Of a stretch of 64,000 bases of DNA, positions 41,885 through 51,510 are shown one piece after another (positions within the stretch are counted from its first letter, which is position 1; every line of letters begins with the position of its first letter). Below the pieces are notes generated by a model. That model was not told the origin of the DNA and did no database searches. It saw nothing but the letters and a program-made list of their open reading frames with translations. The DNA lies in NCBI GenBank assembly GCA_022827325.1, contig JAJDTE010000067.1, positions 41,120-105,119 on the forward strand, given 5' to 3'. A program made the translations under genes and the position numbers. The DNA is from Gammaproteobacteria bacterium (GTDB lineage: Bacteria > Pseudomonadota > Gammaproteobacteria > Arenicellales > Poriferihabitantaceae).

Positions 41885-43395
41885 GTTTTTTCCTCGATCA
41901 GCCTGATGTCGAACTCCCTGCGTATCGCGATTTCAGCCCGGCGCGGCAGATGTTCCGGCGGCTCCTGGCACAGGATATCCTGAACTCGCCGGTGCGCGCG
42001 CTGCCAGATCGACCGACTTCCCGATTCGACCCATTCCGGCACCGACTGGCGATCACCCAGTTGCGGATAAACGTACTCGGTCATCATCAAATCCAGAGTC
42101 TGGGGTTCACCAAGATAATGACCTTCACCACGGACCACGCGATCAATACTGCCGATGTCGAGAAAATCATCGCTGACTTCGATACCGCGCACAGTGCGCA
42201 GGACGGCGCCACACATTTCATTGTCGATGACCAGCGTCTCGGGGGACGCCACCATGATTGAGCCGAGCATTCCTACCGACAGGTTGATCATGTCGGCACC
42301 GGCCTGTGCGGCCAACGCGACACTATAGCCTTTTTCGTAACCGGCCTGGATGTCACCTACCTTCGAGTCGGTCATGCCGGCAGCAACCGTGGACGGCATT
42401 TCAAGCCTGCCAAGCAATTGCGCGGCGGCGGCATTGGCCAATGCCGATTCACCACTGCCACCGGTCATGGCCCCGGTGCGCAAATCCGAAATGAACGGCA
42501 GGAAGGCATGGATGCAAGCATGCCCGGGCTTTATCGCATCGACTACAACCGTTCCGGCAATCGATTCCGCCAGCCCCTGCGCCAGCGCACCTGCCAGCGA
42601 GGCCGGACTGGTGGCACCGGCCTGACCGGCGGTACATATCTGCAGCGGCATCCCGGCTGTGATCGCGGCACGCATGATTTCCACGCCTTCGGGGGAAAAT
42701 TTCAGCGGGGAAACGACATGCACGATGATGCCCATGCAGAACGGCTGCCGGCGAAATCCACCGTCACATCCCAGGGCCAGGTCGAACAGCCTGCAGACCT
42801 GCGCCACGTGCGCGGCATTGTCGAAACTGACGCCGATCGGTTTGCCGGTTGCCTTCAGGCAGGCAAACGCGGTATTGATATCAAGGTCGAGCGGGGTCGG
42901 CATGTCACGTGCTATCAGCAAACGGATGCCGTAGTGCACGTTTTCGCAGGCATCCAGTACCCTGGTAACCTGATACAGGTCAGCCAGGGTCGAGTCACGG
43001 TACTCGCCGGTTTCGGAATCAAGCGTTTGTACTGCCGCACCACCGGTACCGATATGAACGTAGCCGCCACCGATATCCAGACCCCGGTTTTCGTCGAAGC
43101 CGGGCAAGCTGACCCGGCCAGAGGCGCGCTTCAGCGCCCGTTCGGCCAGTATCCGCGGGATGGTCAGGCGACCGTCATCGCGCAGCCCCGCACCTTTGTC
43201 CAGCAATCGTTTTTCCAGCCATTCCGGTGATCCGGCAACACCCACGGCCTGTAGAATTTCGAAAGCGCTGTCGATTATCCGGTCGCATTCGCGATCACCC
43301 AGCGGTTGATAACGGCCGCCCTTGTACAGGGTCACGGGGGCAGTCCGGCCGGCAGATACGGGCGGTGCCCGGCGACGGGCGGAACGGGTCATCAC
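41881..43395 (-). CDS. Trimethylamine methyltransferase (MttB) superfamily protein, non-pyrrolysine type, copy 2
   Basis: 504 aa and a clear paralog of copy 1. Shared blocks include RESTLADLYD/RDSTLADLYQ, ISAGQAGATSPATIAGSLAQ/CTAGQAGATSPASLAGALAQ and GHYLGE. There is no in-frame TAG. Confidence 0.8.
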   Translation of the reverse strand: MMTRSARRRAPPVSAGRTAPVTLYKGGRYQPLGDRECDRIIDSAFEILQAVGVAGSPEWLEKRLLDKGAGLRDDGRLTIPRILAERALKRASGRVSLPGFDENRGLDIGGGYVHIGTGGAAVQTLDSETGEYRDSTLADLYQVTRVLDACENVHYGIRLLIARDMPTPLDLDINTAFACLKATGKPIGVSFDNAAHVAQVCRLFDLALGCDGGFRRQPFCMGIIVHVVSPLKFSPEGVEIMRAAITAGMPLQICTAGQAGATSPASLAGALAQGLAESIAGTVVVDAIKPGHACIHAFLPFISDLRTGAMTGGSGESALANAAAAQLLGRLEMPSTVAAGMTDSKVGDIQAGYEKGYSVALAAQAGADMINLSVGMLGSIMVASPETLVIDNEMCGAVLRTVRGIEVSDDFLDIGSIDRVVRGEGHYLGEPQTLDLMMTEYVYPQLGDRQSVPEWVESGSRSIWQRAHRRVQDILCQEPPEHLPRRAEIAIRREFDIRLIEEKT

Positions 43396-44762
43396 CTGAC
43401 CTCTTTCCAGACCCGGTCAAGAGCGCGCTTCAGCCGTCCGAGTGCGAGATCGATTTCCGAACGCTGAATGACCAGGGGCGGCATGAAGCTGATTCGGTCA
43501 GGAGGTATCGAACGCAGATAGAGTCCTTCGGCGTGCGCGGCATCCTGGACCCGCTGGCCAACCCTGAGTTCCGGGTCGAATTGCTCGCGGGTCTTTTTGT
43601 CCTTGACCAGCTCGATGCCGCAAAACAGGCCAATGCCACGGGCGTCCCCGACCAGGGGATGGTCCATGAGCGCATGGCACCCGTCGAGGAAATGGCCCGA
43701 GACTTCGTGGACCCGTCCAATCAAATCCATTTCTTCATAGATGTCCAGGGCCTCCAGAGCAACTGCTGCCCCGACCGGGTGTCCGGAGTAGGTAAAGCCA
43801 TGCCCGAGTACGCCGACCACATCGGAGTTGTGCATCATGTCCTGATAGAAGTCCTCCTTGAACATCAGCGCTGAAAGCGGAAAAAACGCAGCGGTCAGCG
43901 CCTTCGCGCAGGAAATGGAGTCGGGCTGCAGATTGAAGGCCTCGGCCCCCCACCAATGCCCGGTGCGCCCAAATCCGCAGACGACTTCGTCGACGTGAAA
44001 ATGGATATCGTATTTTCGAATGACTGCCTGCATCTCATCCCAGTATCCACTGGGTGGCAGGATTGCACCGCCACCGCTTTGCATCGGTTCCGCCACGAAG
44101 GCGGCGATACGATCAGGCCCGGTTTCAAGCACCAGGTTTTCGAACTCCTGCGCCATCCGTGCGGAAAATTCCCGCTCGCTTTCGCCATCCTGATGGAAGC
44201 GGTAGTAGTTTGGCGTGGACAGCTTGAGAAATTCTTCCATCGGCAAGCCGAATCGCTGGTGCATATGCGGCTGGCCGGAAAGGCTGACCGCGGCCACCGT
44301 ATTGCCGTAATACCCTCTCCACCGGGAAATCAGCTTTCGGCGATGCGGCTGTCCGCGCCCAATATTCCGGTACCAGAGAAACTTGATCATCGCGTCGTTC
44401 GCTTCCGATCCGGAACACTGAAACATGACCCGGTCCATCGGCACAGGCGTCATGCCCACCAGCCGGGCTGCAAGTTGGGCCACCTTGGGGTGGGAGCGCC
44501 CGTAAAATGTCGGCGCGAACGGCAAGGTGTCCATCTGCCGTTTGGCCGCCTCGGCGAGGCGGTCGTTGTGATAACCGAGTGAAGCACAGCCGAGTCCCGA
44601 AAAGCCGTCGATCAACTCCCGGCCATCTTCGGTCCTGATATAGACCCCATGACCCTCGACCACCATCGCCACGGGACCGTCCTGTTGGTGCTGGCGCAGA
44701 TTCGTCTGTCCGTGAACGTGATGGTTGCGGTCCAGGTCAAGAAGAGACTCAACTGTCGACAT
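43392..44762 (-). CDS. Class-III (omega) aminotransferase, beta-alanine/putrescine--pyruvate aminotransferase-like
   Basis: ORF 43392-44903; the likely start is ATG 44762 (MSTVESLLDLDRNHHVH). Motifs SGSEANDAMIKF, VAEPMQSGGGAILPP, HVDEVVCGFGRTG and the SCAKALT PLP-lysine region. Confidence 0.88.
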   Translation of the reverse strand: MSTVESLLDLDRNHHVHGQTNLRQHQQDGPVAMVVEGHGVYIRTEDGRELIDGFSGLGCASLGYHNDRLAEAAKRQMDTLPFAPTFYGRSHPKVAQLAARLVGMTPVPMDRVMFQCSGSEANDAMIKFLWYRNIGRGQPHRRKLISRWRGYYGNTVAAVSLSGQPHMHQRFGLPMEEFLKLSTPNYYRFHQDGESEREFSARMAQEFENLVLETGPDRIAAFVAEPMQSGGGAILPPSGYWDEMQAVIRKYDIHFHVDEVVCGFGRTGHWWGAEAFNLQPDSISCAKALTAAFFPLSALMFKEDFYQDMMHNSDVVGVLGHGFTYSGHPVGAAVALEALDIYEEMDLIGRVHEVSGHFLDGCHALMDHPLVGDARGIGLFCGIELVKDKKTREQFDPELRVGQRVQDAAHAEGLYLRSIPPDRISFMPPLVIQRSEIDLALGRLKRALDRVWKEVR

Positions 44763-44993
44763 GTTCAGGTCCTGGCGGATTCCCGTGAATTGTTTCGGGG
44801 ATTGCAACCACCATGGGATGGAGGAAGCTCGGAAAAACTTGCCCTTGTGTCCGGCGACTGATTCCGGGAAATTCAGCCGGCCAGGCCCACTGAAGTTCCG
44901 CATTCTTGAATTGCCGCCCGATCACCCTGCGGAGCAGGTCATTGTTGATGGTATGCTACAATTCATGAACTTCAATCACATTTTTCTCATGTT

Positions 44994-45941
44994 TTGTTGA
45001 ATATTTCTAACAAAAGGCCATCACTGGACATCAAGCACCTTGAGATGATGGTGGCCCTGGCCGAAACGCCGCGTGTTACGGAGGCCGCGGAAAAACTGCG
45101 CATCACTCCTTCGGCGCTCTCGCACCGGATCAAGGAGGTGGAAAGACGCCTCGACGTACCGCTGTTCGGACGCATTCACAAGCGATTGCGCCCTACCCCG
45201 GCTGCGGACTATCTTGCCCAGGTGGCCAGCAGGTTGCTTGCCGACATGTTACGAGCAGAAGATGATGTTCGCAGGATGGCGCGTGGAGTGAGCCATGTGG
45301 TCCGGCTCGTGGTCGATCTGTACAATGCCTATCAGTGGCTGCCGGAATTCTTGCGCCATTTACGTGAAGTCGAACCGGAAATCGGCATTGAAGTCAGGGT
45401 AGCGGCGGCGCGAAACACGCTTTCCAGCCTGCACGAACGCACGGTCGATCTGATCATTGTATCCGGCGAAATCAATCAGGCCGGCACCGTCATGGAGCAC
45501 TTGTTTGACGATCAGTTGAGTTTCATCATGTCGCCGAACCATCGACTTGCGGGAAATGCCTATATCGAAGGGAGTGACATTGTCGGCGAGGATTTCATCA
45601 CCTACACCCGGGTTCCCGAGCCGGACCGCGAATATGCACGTCTGTTTCGGCCCAGCAATTGCTATCCCAACTGGACCGAAACGGTGGAGGTGCCCGAAGC
45701 CATTGTCGAGATGGTTGCTGCCGGGCTAGGCATTTCGGTACTTTCTTCCTGGGCGGTTTCCGGGGCAATCGGGTCAGGGCGCATTGTTGCCGCCCGCGTG
45801 GGTGAACAGGGCATCACCCTGCCCTGGTATGCCGTCACACGGAGCGGGACGAGTTTCGAGGACCAATGCAATCAGAGACTGGCCGCGATACTGGCCCGAT
45901 GGTGCCGGGACAATGGCGGAATCATGCGGAGGACAGGGTGA
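44994..45941 (+). CDS. LysR-family transcriptional regulator
   Basis: 315 aa, apparently with a TTG start. The N-terminal wHTH is IKHLEMMVALAETPRVTEAAEKLRITPSALSHRIKEVE. The gene is divergent from the catabolic supercluster. Confidence 0.88.
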   Translation: MLNISNKRPSLDIKHLEMMVALAETPRVTEAAEKLRITPSALSHRIKEVERRLDVPLFGRIHKRLRPTPAADYLAQVASRLLADMLRAEDDVRRMARGVSHVVRLVVDLYNAYQWLPEFLRHLREVEPEIGIEVRVAAARNTLSSLHERTVDLIIVSGEINQAGTVMEHLFDDQLSFIMSPNHRLAGNAYIEGSDIVGEDFITYTRVPEPDREYARLFRPSNCYPNWTETVEVPEAIVEMVAAGLGISVLSSWAVSGAIGSGRIVAARVGEQGITLPWYAVTRSGTSFEDQCNQRLAAILARWCRDNGGIMRRTG

Positions 45942-46798
45942 AGGTAGGATTTATCGGGTTGGGGACAATGGGCGTGCCAATGGCAAAATGCCTGATACAC
46001 GGCGGGTTCGACCTGTTGGGTTGGGATACCGATGAGGAAACACTGCTGGGTTTTGATTCCGCTGCAGATTCACTTGAGCAGATCGCGCAGTCCTGCGATA
46101 CCTTTATCACCATGCTGCCCGAAGGACAGCATGTCAGGTCAGTGTACGAAAAGTTGCTCAGCCAGATCGAGACGCCCCACCTGTTCCTGGACTGCTCGAC
46201 TATCGATGTCGCAAGCACACGGGACCTTGCAATGCAACTGACCGCACTGGGTCACGGATTCGTGGATGCGCCCGTATCGGGCGGCCGCGAGGCGGCTTCG
46301 AGCGGTTCCCTGAGCTTCATGATTGGCGGAGATGCAGAACATGTGGATGCAGCCCGCCCGCTGCTGGCGTCCATGGGTAAAAAGCTGATCGAGTTCGGTG
46401 ATGCCGGCACGGGCCAGGCGGCCAAGGCGTGCCACAACATGATCTGCGGCATTACTGCGCTCGGAGTTTCAGAGGCTTTTGCCCTGGCCGATGCCCTTGA
46501 ACTCGATCTCGGCAAGTTCTTTCACCTGTGCAGCGGCGCCGCCGCACAGAGTTGGATTCTTGAAAACCGGTGTCCGGTGCCCGGACCTGCGCCGAATGCG
46601 CCCGCTTCCAGCGATTACACTCCCGGTTTCGCCGCATACCTGATGGCCAAGGATTTGGAACTGGCCCGGCAGGCTGCCGAAGCCAGCAATCAGCAAACGG
46701 AATTCGGTGCCGCCGCCGCACGGCGCTTTCGCGAATTCGTCGAAGCCGGTAATGGAGACCTCGATTTTTCGGCGATCTATCGTAGTATTCGGAAATGA
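45938..46798 (+). CDS. 3-hydroxyisobutyrate dehydrogenase-family NAD(P)-dependent oxidoreductase
   Basis: ORF 45866-46798. The likely GTG start at 45938 overlaps the LysR stop. Contains the Rossmann motif KVGFIGLGTMG, plus DAPVSGG and GTGQAAKACHNM. Confidence 0.85.
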   Translation: MKVGFIGLGTMGVPMAKCLIHGGFDLLGWDTDEETLLGFDSAADSLEQIAQSCDTFITMLPEGQHVRSVYEKLLSQIETPHLFLDCSTIDVASTRDLAMQLTALGHGFVDAPVSGGREAASSGSLSFMIGGDAEHVDAARPLLASMGKKLIEFGDAGTGQAAKACHNMICGITALGVSEAFALADALELDLGKFFHLCSGAAAQSWILENRCPVPGPAPNAPASSDYTPGFAAYLMAKDLELARQAAEASNQQTEFGAAAARRFREFVEAGNGDLDFSAIYRSIRK

Positions 46799-46874
46799 TG
46801 AAAAAAACGGAATCTCATGTTCACCCATGGTTCAGGGCCACCGATCACATTGACAACTCTTTCCCCGGTGACAC

Positions 46875-47498
46875 ATGAAAACTATGAAGATCGGTGCCCT
46901 TATCTTTCCCGGCTTTGAACTGCTGGACCTGTTCGGTCCGTTGGAAATGTTCGGACTGTACTCGGAGAATTTCGACATCCGGCTGGTTGCGGAGACCGGC
47001 GACCCCGTCACGAGCAGCCAGAAGCCGGTCTCTTTGCCGGACCACACTTTTACCGACGGCGAACGGTTCGACCTGCTGCTGGTCCCCGGAGGAAAGGGGA
47101 CTCGGCAAGCGGTGAATCAACCGGTCGTCATGGAATGGTTGCGAAAACAGTCCGAGGGCGCCCAGCTGATTACCTCGGTGTGCACCGGGTCCGCCCTCCT
47201 CGCCCAAGCCGGCATCCTGGATGGCCGGAGAGCCACCACCAACAAGAATGCCTTCAACTGGGTGTCCGGTTTCGGCAACGGGGTGCAGTGGATCAGACAG
47301 GCGAGATGGGTGCAGGACGGAAACATCTACACTTCATCCGGCGTCTCCGCGGGCACGGACATGTCCCTGGCGGTGATCGCCGATGTTCTCGGTATGGACA
47401 AGGCGCTGCAGGCCGCGGACTGGGCTGAATACTTCTGGAACGAGGACCCGGGAAACGATCCCTTCGCCGTGAAGGCGGGACTGGTGCCGGATCGGTGA
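46875..47498 (+). CDS. DJ-1/PfpI family protein
   Basis: 207 aa. IGALIFPGFELLDLFGP and the nucleophile-elbow motif ITSVCTGSALLAQAG. Confidence 0.85.
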   Translation: MKTMKIGALIFPGFELLDLFGPLEMFGLYSENFDIRLVAETGDPVTSSQKPVSLPDHTFTDGERFDLLLVPGGKGTRQAVNQPVVMEWLRKQSEGAQLITSVCTGSALLAQAGILDGRRATTNKNAFNWVSGFGNGVQWIRQARWVQDGNIYTSSGVSAGTDMSLAVIADVLGMDKALQAADWAEYFWNEDPGNDPFAVKAGLVPDR

Positions 47499-47570
47499 TC
47501 CGGCGTTTGCCGTCCCCCTATTTCCGGAAGACCCCGTCCGGGTTGTCGCCATGTTCGCGATGTGCCCGCA

Positions 47571-48557
47571 TCAGGATGACAGTGCCAATGCGGCCAGGGC
47601 CAGCATGCCGATCATTCCAACCAGGCTGCGCACATACAGCCTGAGCGCATTGCCAAGGTCACTGGTTCCGGGATCCGCAAAACCCGGGTTCACCCACGGC
47701 TCGTCGGCAACCCGGTCCGCATAGACCCGGGGTCCGGAGAGCCGGACACCGAGTGCTCCTGCCATGGCCGCCTCGGGCCAGCCGGCATTGGGGGAACGGT
47801 GGTGTCCCGAATCCCGCATCATGCAGCGCAGGGACTCCCGGGGTCTGGCCGAGAACACCGCGAACAGCAACCCCGTCAACCGTGCAGGTATGAAGTTCAC
47901 GGCGTCGTCAAGCCTGGCAGATGCCCAGCCGAACGCCGCATGACGTTCCGTACGGTGTCCCACCATCGAGTCCAGGGTATTGATCGTCTTGTAGGCGACA
48001 ATGCCCGGAAAGCCAAGGATCGCCCCCCAGAAAACGGGGGCGATGATGCCGTCCGAGGTGTTCTCCGCCAGGCTTTCCAGCGCGGCGCGGCCGACACCAG
48101 CCTCGTCGAGTGGTGAAGTTTCACGCCCGACGATCCGGGATACTTCTTGCCTCGCCTCATCCAGATTTCCTTGGGAGAGAGGCTGAAACACCGCGCCGAC
48201 ATGCTCGTACAGGGATCGTGCCGCGATCAGCGGCCAACTGAGACAGGCACCGATCAGCAGGCCCGCGATACCTGCTGGCAGGGACTGCTGGATCAGGACC
48301 GCGGGAAAGACGGTAACCGTGACCACGAACAGCATAGCCAGGATGCCGGCTGCCCGGCGAACGGATTCGACATGCCCGGGGACATTCAGCCACGCATCCA
48401 GCAACCCGATCAGGTGGCCAAGCCATGAGACCGGATGGCCGATCCGTACGAAGAGTCCCCGCGGCCAGCCGACCGCGGCATCCATGAGGACCGCCAGCAG
48501 CATCATGGAGCAATACACGGCCGGTTCAGGACCTGCCAGGACGCCGGTGGACATCAA
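47571..48557 (-). CDS. cobD: Adenosylcobinamide-phosphate synthase CobD/CbiB
   Basis: 328 aa membrane protein. Motifs VGRETSPLDEAGVGRAALESLAENTSDGIIAPVFW, YKTINTLDSMVGH and HRSPNAGWPEAAMAGALGVRL. Confidence 0.88.
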   Translation of the reverse strand: MMSTGVLAGPEPAVYCSMMLLAVLMDAAVGWPRGLFVRIGHPVSWLGHLIGLLDAWLNVPGHVESVRRAAGILAMLFVVTVTVFPAVLIQQSLPAGIAGLLIGACLSWPLIAARSLYEHVGAVFQPLSQGNLDEARQEVSRIVGRETSPLDEAGVGRAALESLAENTSDGIIAPVFWGAILGFPGIVAYKTINTLDSMVGHRTERHAAFGWASARLDDAVNFIPARLTGLLFAVFSARPRESLRCMMRDSGHHRSPNAGWPEAAMAGALGVRLSGPRVYADRVADEPWVNPGFADPGTSDLGNALRLYVRSLVGMIGMLALAALALSS

Positions 48558-48712
48558 TTCGGTCGGCTCTACTCGGGATGCCGGAAACGCCGGGCTTCAT
48601 GCCGGCAATGTCGACGACGTGTCCTCGCCGGAACTTTCCACAAACTGTTTCGGATGATCCCGGCGGTCGATGCCGGTGGGACGGACGACGCGCCCATGCT
48701 GGCCGCTGGCCG

Positions 48713-50092
48713 TCAGCCGTTGACCGCTATCCGGGTTGCCGTGCCGGCGCGATCGTTCTTCAACAGCTCCGCCACCAGAAATGCCAGTTCCACCGCCTGT
48801 TCCGCATTCAGCCTGGGGTCGCAGTGGGTATGGTAGCGGTCTGAAAGATTGTCCTCCGAAATGTCCCGCGCACCGCCGGTACACTCGGTGACATTCTTGC
48901 CGGTCATTTCGATATGGATACCGCCAGGATGGACGCCTTCCGCCTTGGTCACATCGAAGAACCGCTGCACCTCCGCCAGTATCCGCTGGAACGGACGGGT
49001 CTTGTACCCGTTGGCCGTGATCGTGTTGCCGTGCATCGGATCGCAGGACCAGACCACCTTCCGGCCCTCCCTTTCCACGGCACGGATCAGCCGCGGCAGA
49101 AACTGCTCCACCCGGTCATGGCCGAAACGCGCGATCAGGGTCAGCCTGCCAGGCATATTGTCCGGGTTGAGTACGTCAATCAGGGACAGGAGATCATCCG
49201 GCTCCAGCGACGGCCCGCACTTGAGCCCGATGGGATTGTGCACACCCCGGCAGAACTCCACGTGGGCGTGATCCCGCTGCCTGGTGCGGTCCCCAATCCA
49301 GATCATGTGTCCCGAAGTGGCATACCATTCACCGGTGGTGGAATCGGTTCGGGTCAACGCTTCCTCGTAACCGAGAAGCAGGGCTTCGTGGCTGGTGTAG
49401 AAACTGGTTTCCCGGATCTGCGGGTTGTTTTTCGCATTGATGCCGATGGCGGACATGAAAGCCATGGACTCGGATATTCGATCCGCGAGTTCCCGATACC
49501 GGTCCGCCTGGGGACTGCCCGCGACAAACTCCAGCATCCACTCATGCACGTTCTCAAGGTTTGAATAACCTCCCTGGGCAAAGGCGCGCAGCAGGTTCAG
49601 CGTGGCCGCAGACTGCCGGTATGCCATCCTCAACCGTTCCGGGTCCGGAACCCTTGCGACCTCGTCGAACTCGATCCCGTTGATGATGTCCCCGCGGTAG
49701 GATGGCAGGCTGACACCGTCCCGCGTCTCGAAATCCGCCGACCTTGGCTTGGCGAACTGGCCCGCGATACGCCCGACCTTGACCACCGGTCTTGACGCAC
49801 CGCATGTGAGCACGATGGACATCTGGAGAAACACGCGGAAAAAGTCCCGGATATTGTCCGCGCCATGCTCGCTGAAACTCTCCGCGCAGTCGCCCCCCTG
49901 GAGCAGGAAGGCGCGGCCTTCGCATACCTCGCCCAGGGACGTCCGGAGCGCACGGGCCTCGCCCGCGAACACCAGGGGCGGCCAGGTGGCGATATGCTCC
50001 TCGGCGAACCGTAGGGCTTCCGGGTCGGGGTAGCTCGGCGCCTGGCAAATGGGCTTGTCGCGCCAACTGGATGGCGTCCATTGTCGGGTCAT
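48713..50092 (-). CDS. 3-deoxy-7-phosphoheptulonate (DAHP) synthase, class II
   Basis: 459 aa with the class II (plant-type) pattern. Motifs [44 protein letters not shown] and IWIGDRTRQ. Confidence 0.92.
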   Translation of the reverse strand: MTRQWTPSSWRDKPICQAPSYPDPEALRFAEEHIATWPPLVFAGEARALRTSLGEVCEGRAFLLQGGDCAESFSEHGADNIRDFFRVFLQMSIVLTCGASRPVVKVGRIAGQFAKPRSADFETRDGVSLPSYRGDIINGIEFDEVARVPDPERLRMAYRQSAATLNLLRAFAQGGYSNLENVHEWMLEFVAGSPQADRYRELADRISESMAFMSAIGINAKNNPQIRETSFYTSHEALLLGYEEALTRTDSTTGEWYATSGHMIWIGDRTRQRDHAHVEFCRGVHNPIGLKCGPSLEPDDLLSLIDVLNPDNMPGRLTLIARFGHDRVEQFLPRLIRAVEREGRKVVWSCDPMHGNTITANGYKTRPFQRILAEVQRFFDVTKAEGVHPGGIHIEMTGKNVTECTGGARDISEDNLSDRYHTHCDPRLNAEQAVELAFLVAELLKNDRAGTATRIAVNG

Positions 50093-50208
50093 GGTAAATC
50101 CGGCGTCGTGGTATTTTAAACGGCCGCCTATTTTACCGTGATTTCAGGAATTTGGCTGGCACAATTCCGGTGGGGACTGCACCGGGAAACCAGCCCCTCC
50201 CCCGCCGG

Positions 50209-51339
50209 TCAGGGCCTGATCCGGGTTCCCGGAACCTGCTTCGGAAAGAAATCCTCGCAGCCCCCTTCCCGGTAAACGTCGGCGGTGGAACAGTGCAGGC
50301 CGCCGCCGAACGGATACGCGTCACGGAACGGCAACGGAATCACGTTCATCCCCAGACGATCCAGCTGTTCCATCTGCTGCACCTCGCTGGCCTCAACGAT
50401 CACGGTTCCGTGATCCAGCACCAGGCAGTTCATGGACAGCCAGACACTGGAGTAACAGAGCGGCGGCGGGGTCTCATGGGCAGGCTGGGCGGCGTCCACG
50501 ATTTCCCAGTCATTGGCCTCGAAAATCTTCCGTTGCGCCTCCGGCAGGCGACGGTTGGGATTGTTGATGATGAGGCCCGGCCGAAGCGGCACGAAGGTGG
50601 CATCGATATGGATCGGATAGGGGTCGCCGGGAAAATTCACGGCATGGACGCGGTGGTCGGGAAAATGTCGTTGCAGCCATTCCATGGCCCGGCGGTTGGT
50701 GGTGAGTCCATGCTGGCAGAACAGGTCCTTGCCGAGGCGCATGACGTCGGCCGCGTCGAACAGCGGTTCGGCCTCCGTGGTCACGAAATCCAGCGCGGCG
50801 GTGCGCTCAAGCCGCTCCTTGATGGTGATGTCGTCAAAATAGCCCGCCTTGTAGGAGCGGTCATCCAGGCGGGGACGGGGCGCCTGCTCCCAGCGGAAGT
50901 TGGGATCCTCATCGAAATACCGCTGCATCAGGTCGTGATAGGCGAGGTACTCGAAGTAGCGGCAGCGAAAGGACATTGCCGCGGAAAGAATCTCGTTCCC
51001 CACCGTGAGCAGAACGTCACGGGGCGGCATGCAGCCGAACTGGCTGCCGGTCGTGAAGTCCGGCGTCACCACGGCCTGATTCCACTGGATCGGTGTCGGC
51101 CGGTCCACCCGGATACCCCTTTCCTCCAGCACCCTGACCAGGCTGTCCAGCTGGGCGTTGGCCTTCTCCACGGTCTCCAGGGGCCGAGGGCCCCACATGC
51201 CGTGCATGTCGCTGTCCTCGGGAACCTTGGCCTCGGTGGCAGGCTCGCTGGGAGGGATGCAGGTATGGTCGGCCCGGCCGACGATGATGTGCTTCAGCGG
51301 ATCGAACTCGTTCCAGGAATTGACGACGGTATTGGCCAT
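50209..51339 (-). CDS. Amidinotransferase family protein (glycine/inosamine-phosphate amidinotransferase-like)
   Basis: ORF 50209-51510; the likely start is ATG 51339 (MANTVVNSWNEFDPLKHIIVG). Contains IHIDATF and the C-terminal catalytic-Cys motif GGGLHCSTADVYREG, which resembles the GGGFHC motif of AGAT/StrB1. Confidence 0.85.
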   Translation of the reverse strand: MANTVVNSWNEFDPLKHIIVGRADHTCIPPSEPATEAKVPEDSDMHGMWGPRPLETVEKANAQLDSLVRVLEERGIRVDRPTPIQWNQAVVTPDFTTGSQFGCMPPRDVLLTVGNEILSAAMSFRCRYFEYLAYHDLMQRYFDEDPNFRWEQAPRPRLDDRSYKAGYFDDITIKERLERTAALDFVTTEAEPLFDAADVMRLGKDLFCQHGLTTNRRAMEWLQRHFPDHRVHAVNFPGDPYPIHIDATFVPLRPGLIINNPNRRLPEAQRKIFEANDWEIVDAAQPAHETPPPLCYSSVWLSMNCLVLDHGTVIVEASEVQQMEQLDRLGMNVIPLPFRDAYPFGGGLHCSTADVYREGGCEDFFPKQVPGTRIRP

Positions 51340-51510
51340 GGCAAAAAAGGGAAAGGACTCACCAGAGAAAACCGCGCTAATATAGTCGAAGTCGGTGGCA
51401 CATTGCAGCAAAATCATCCGGCCCCGTCTTGCCGAATTCCCGATCCATGAACCAAGGACCGGCACCGTGCGGCGTACGGCAACCGGTCGCGACCGGGTTC
51501 GGCGCCACAA

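Noticed and set aside
36525-43395. Pyrrolysine (in-frame TAG) in the two MttB homologs.
   Set aside because: Both ORFs are continuous with no internal TAG, so they are the non-Pyl type. No pyl genes are seen in the window.
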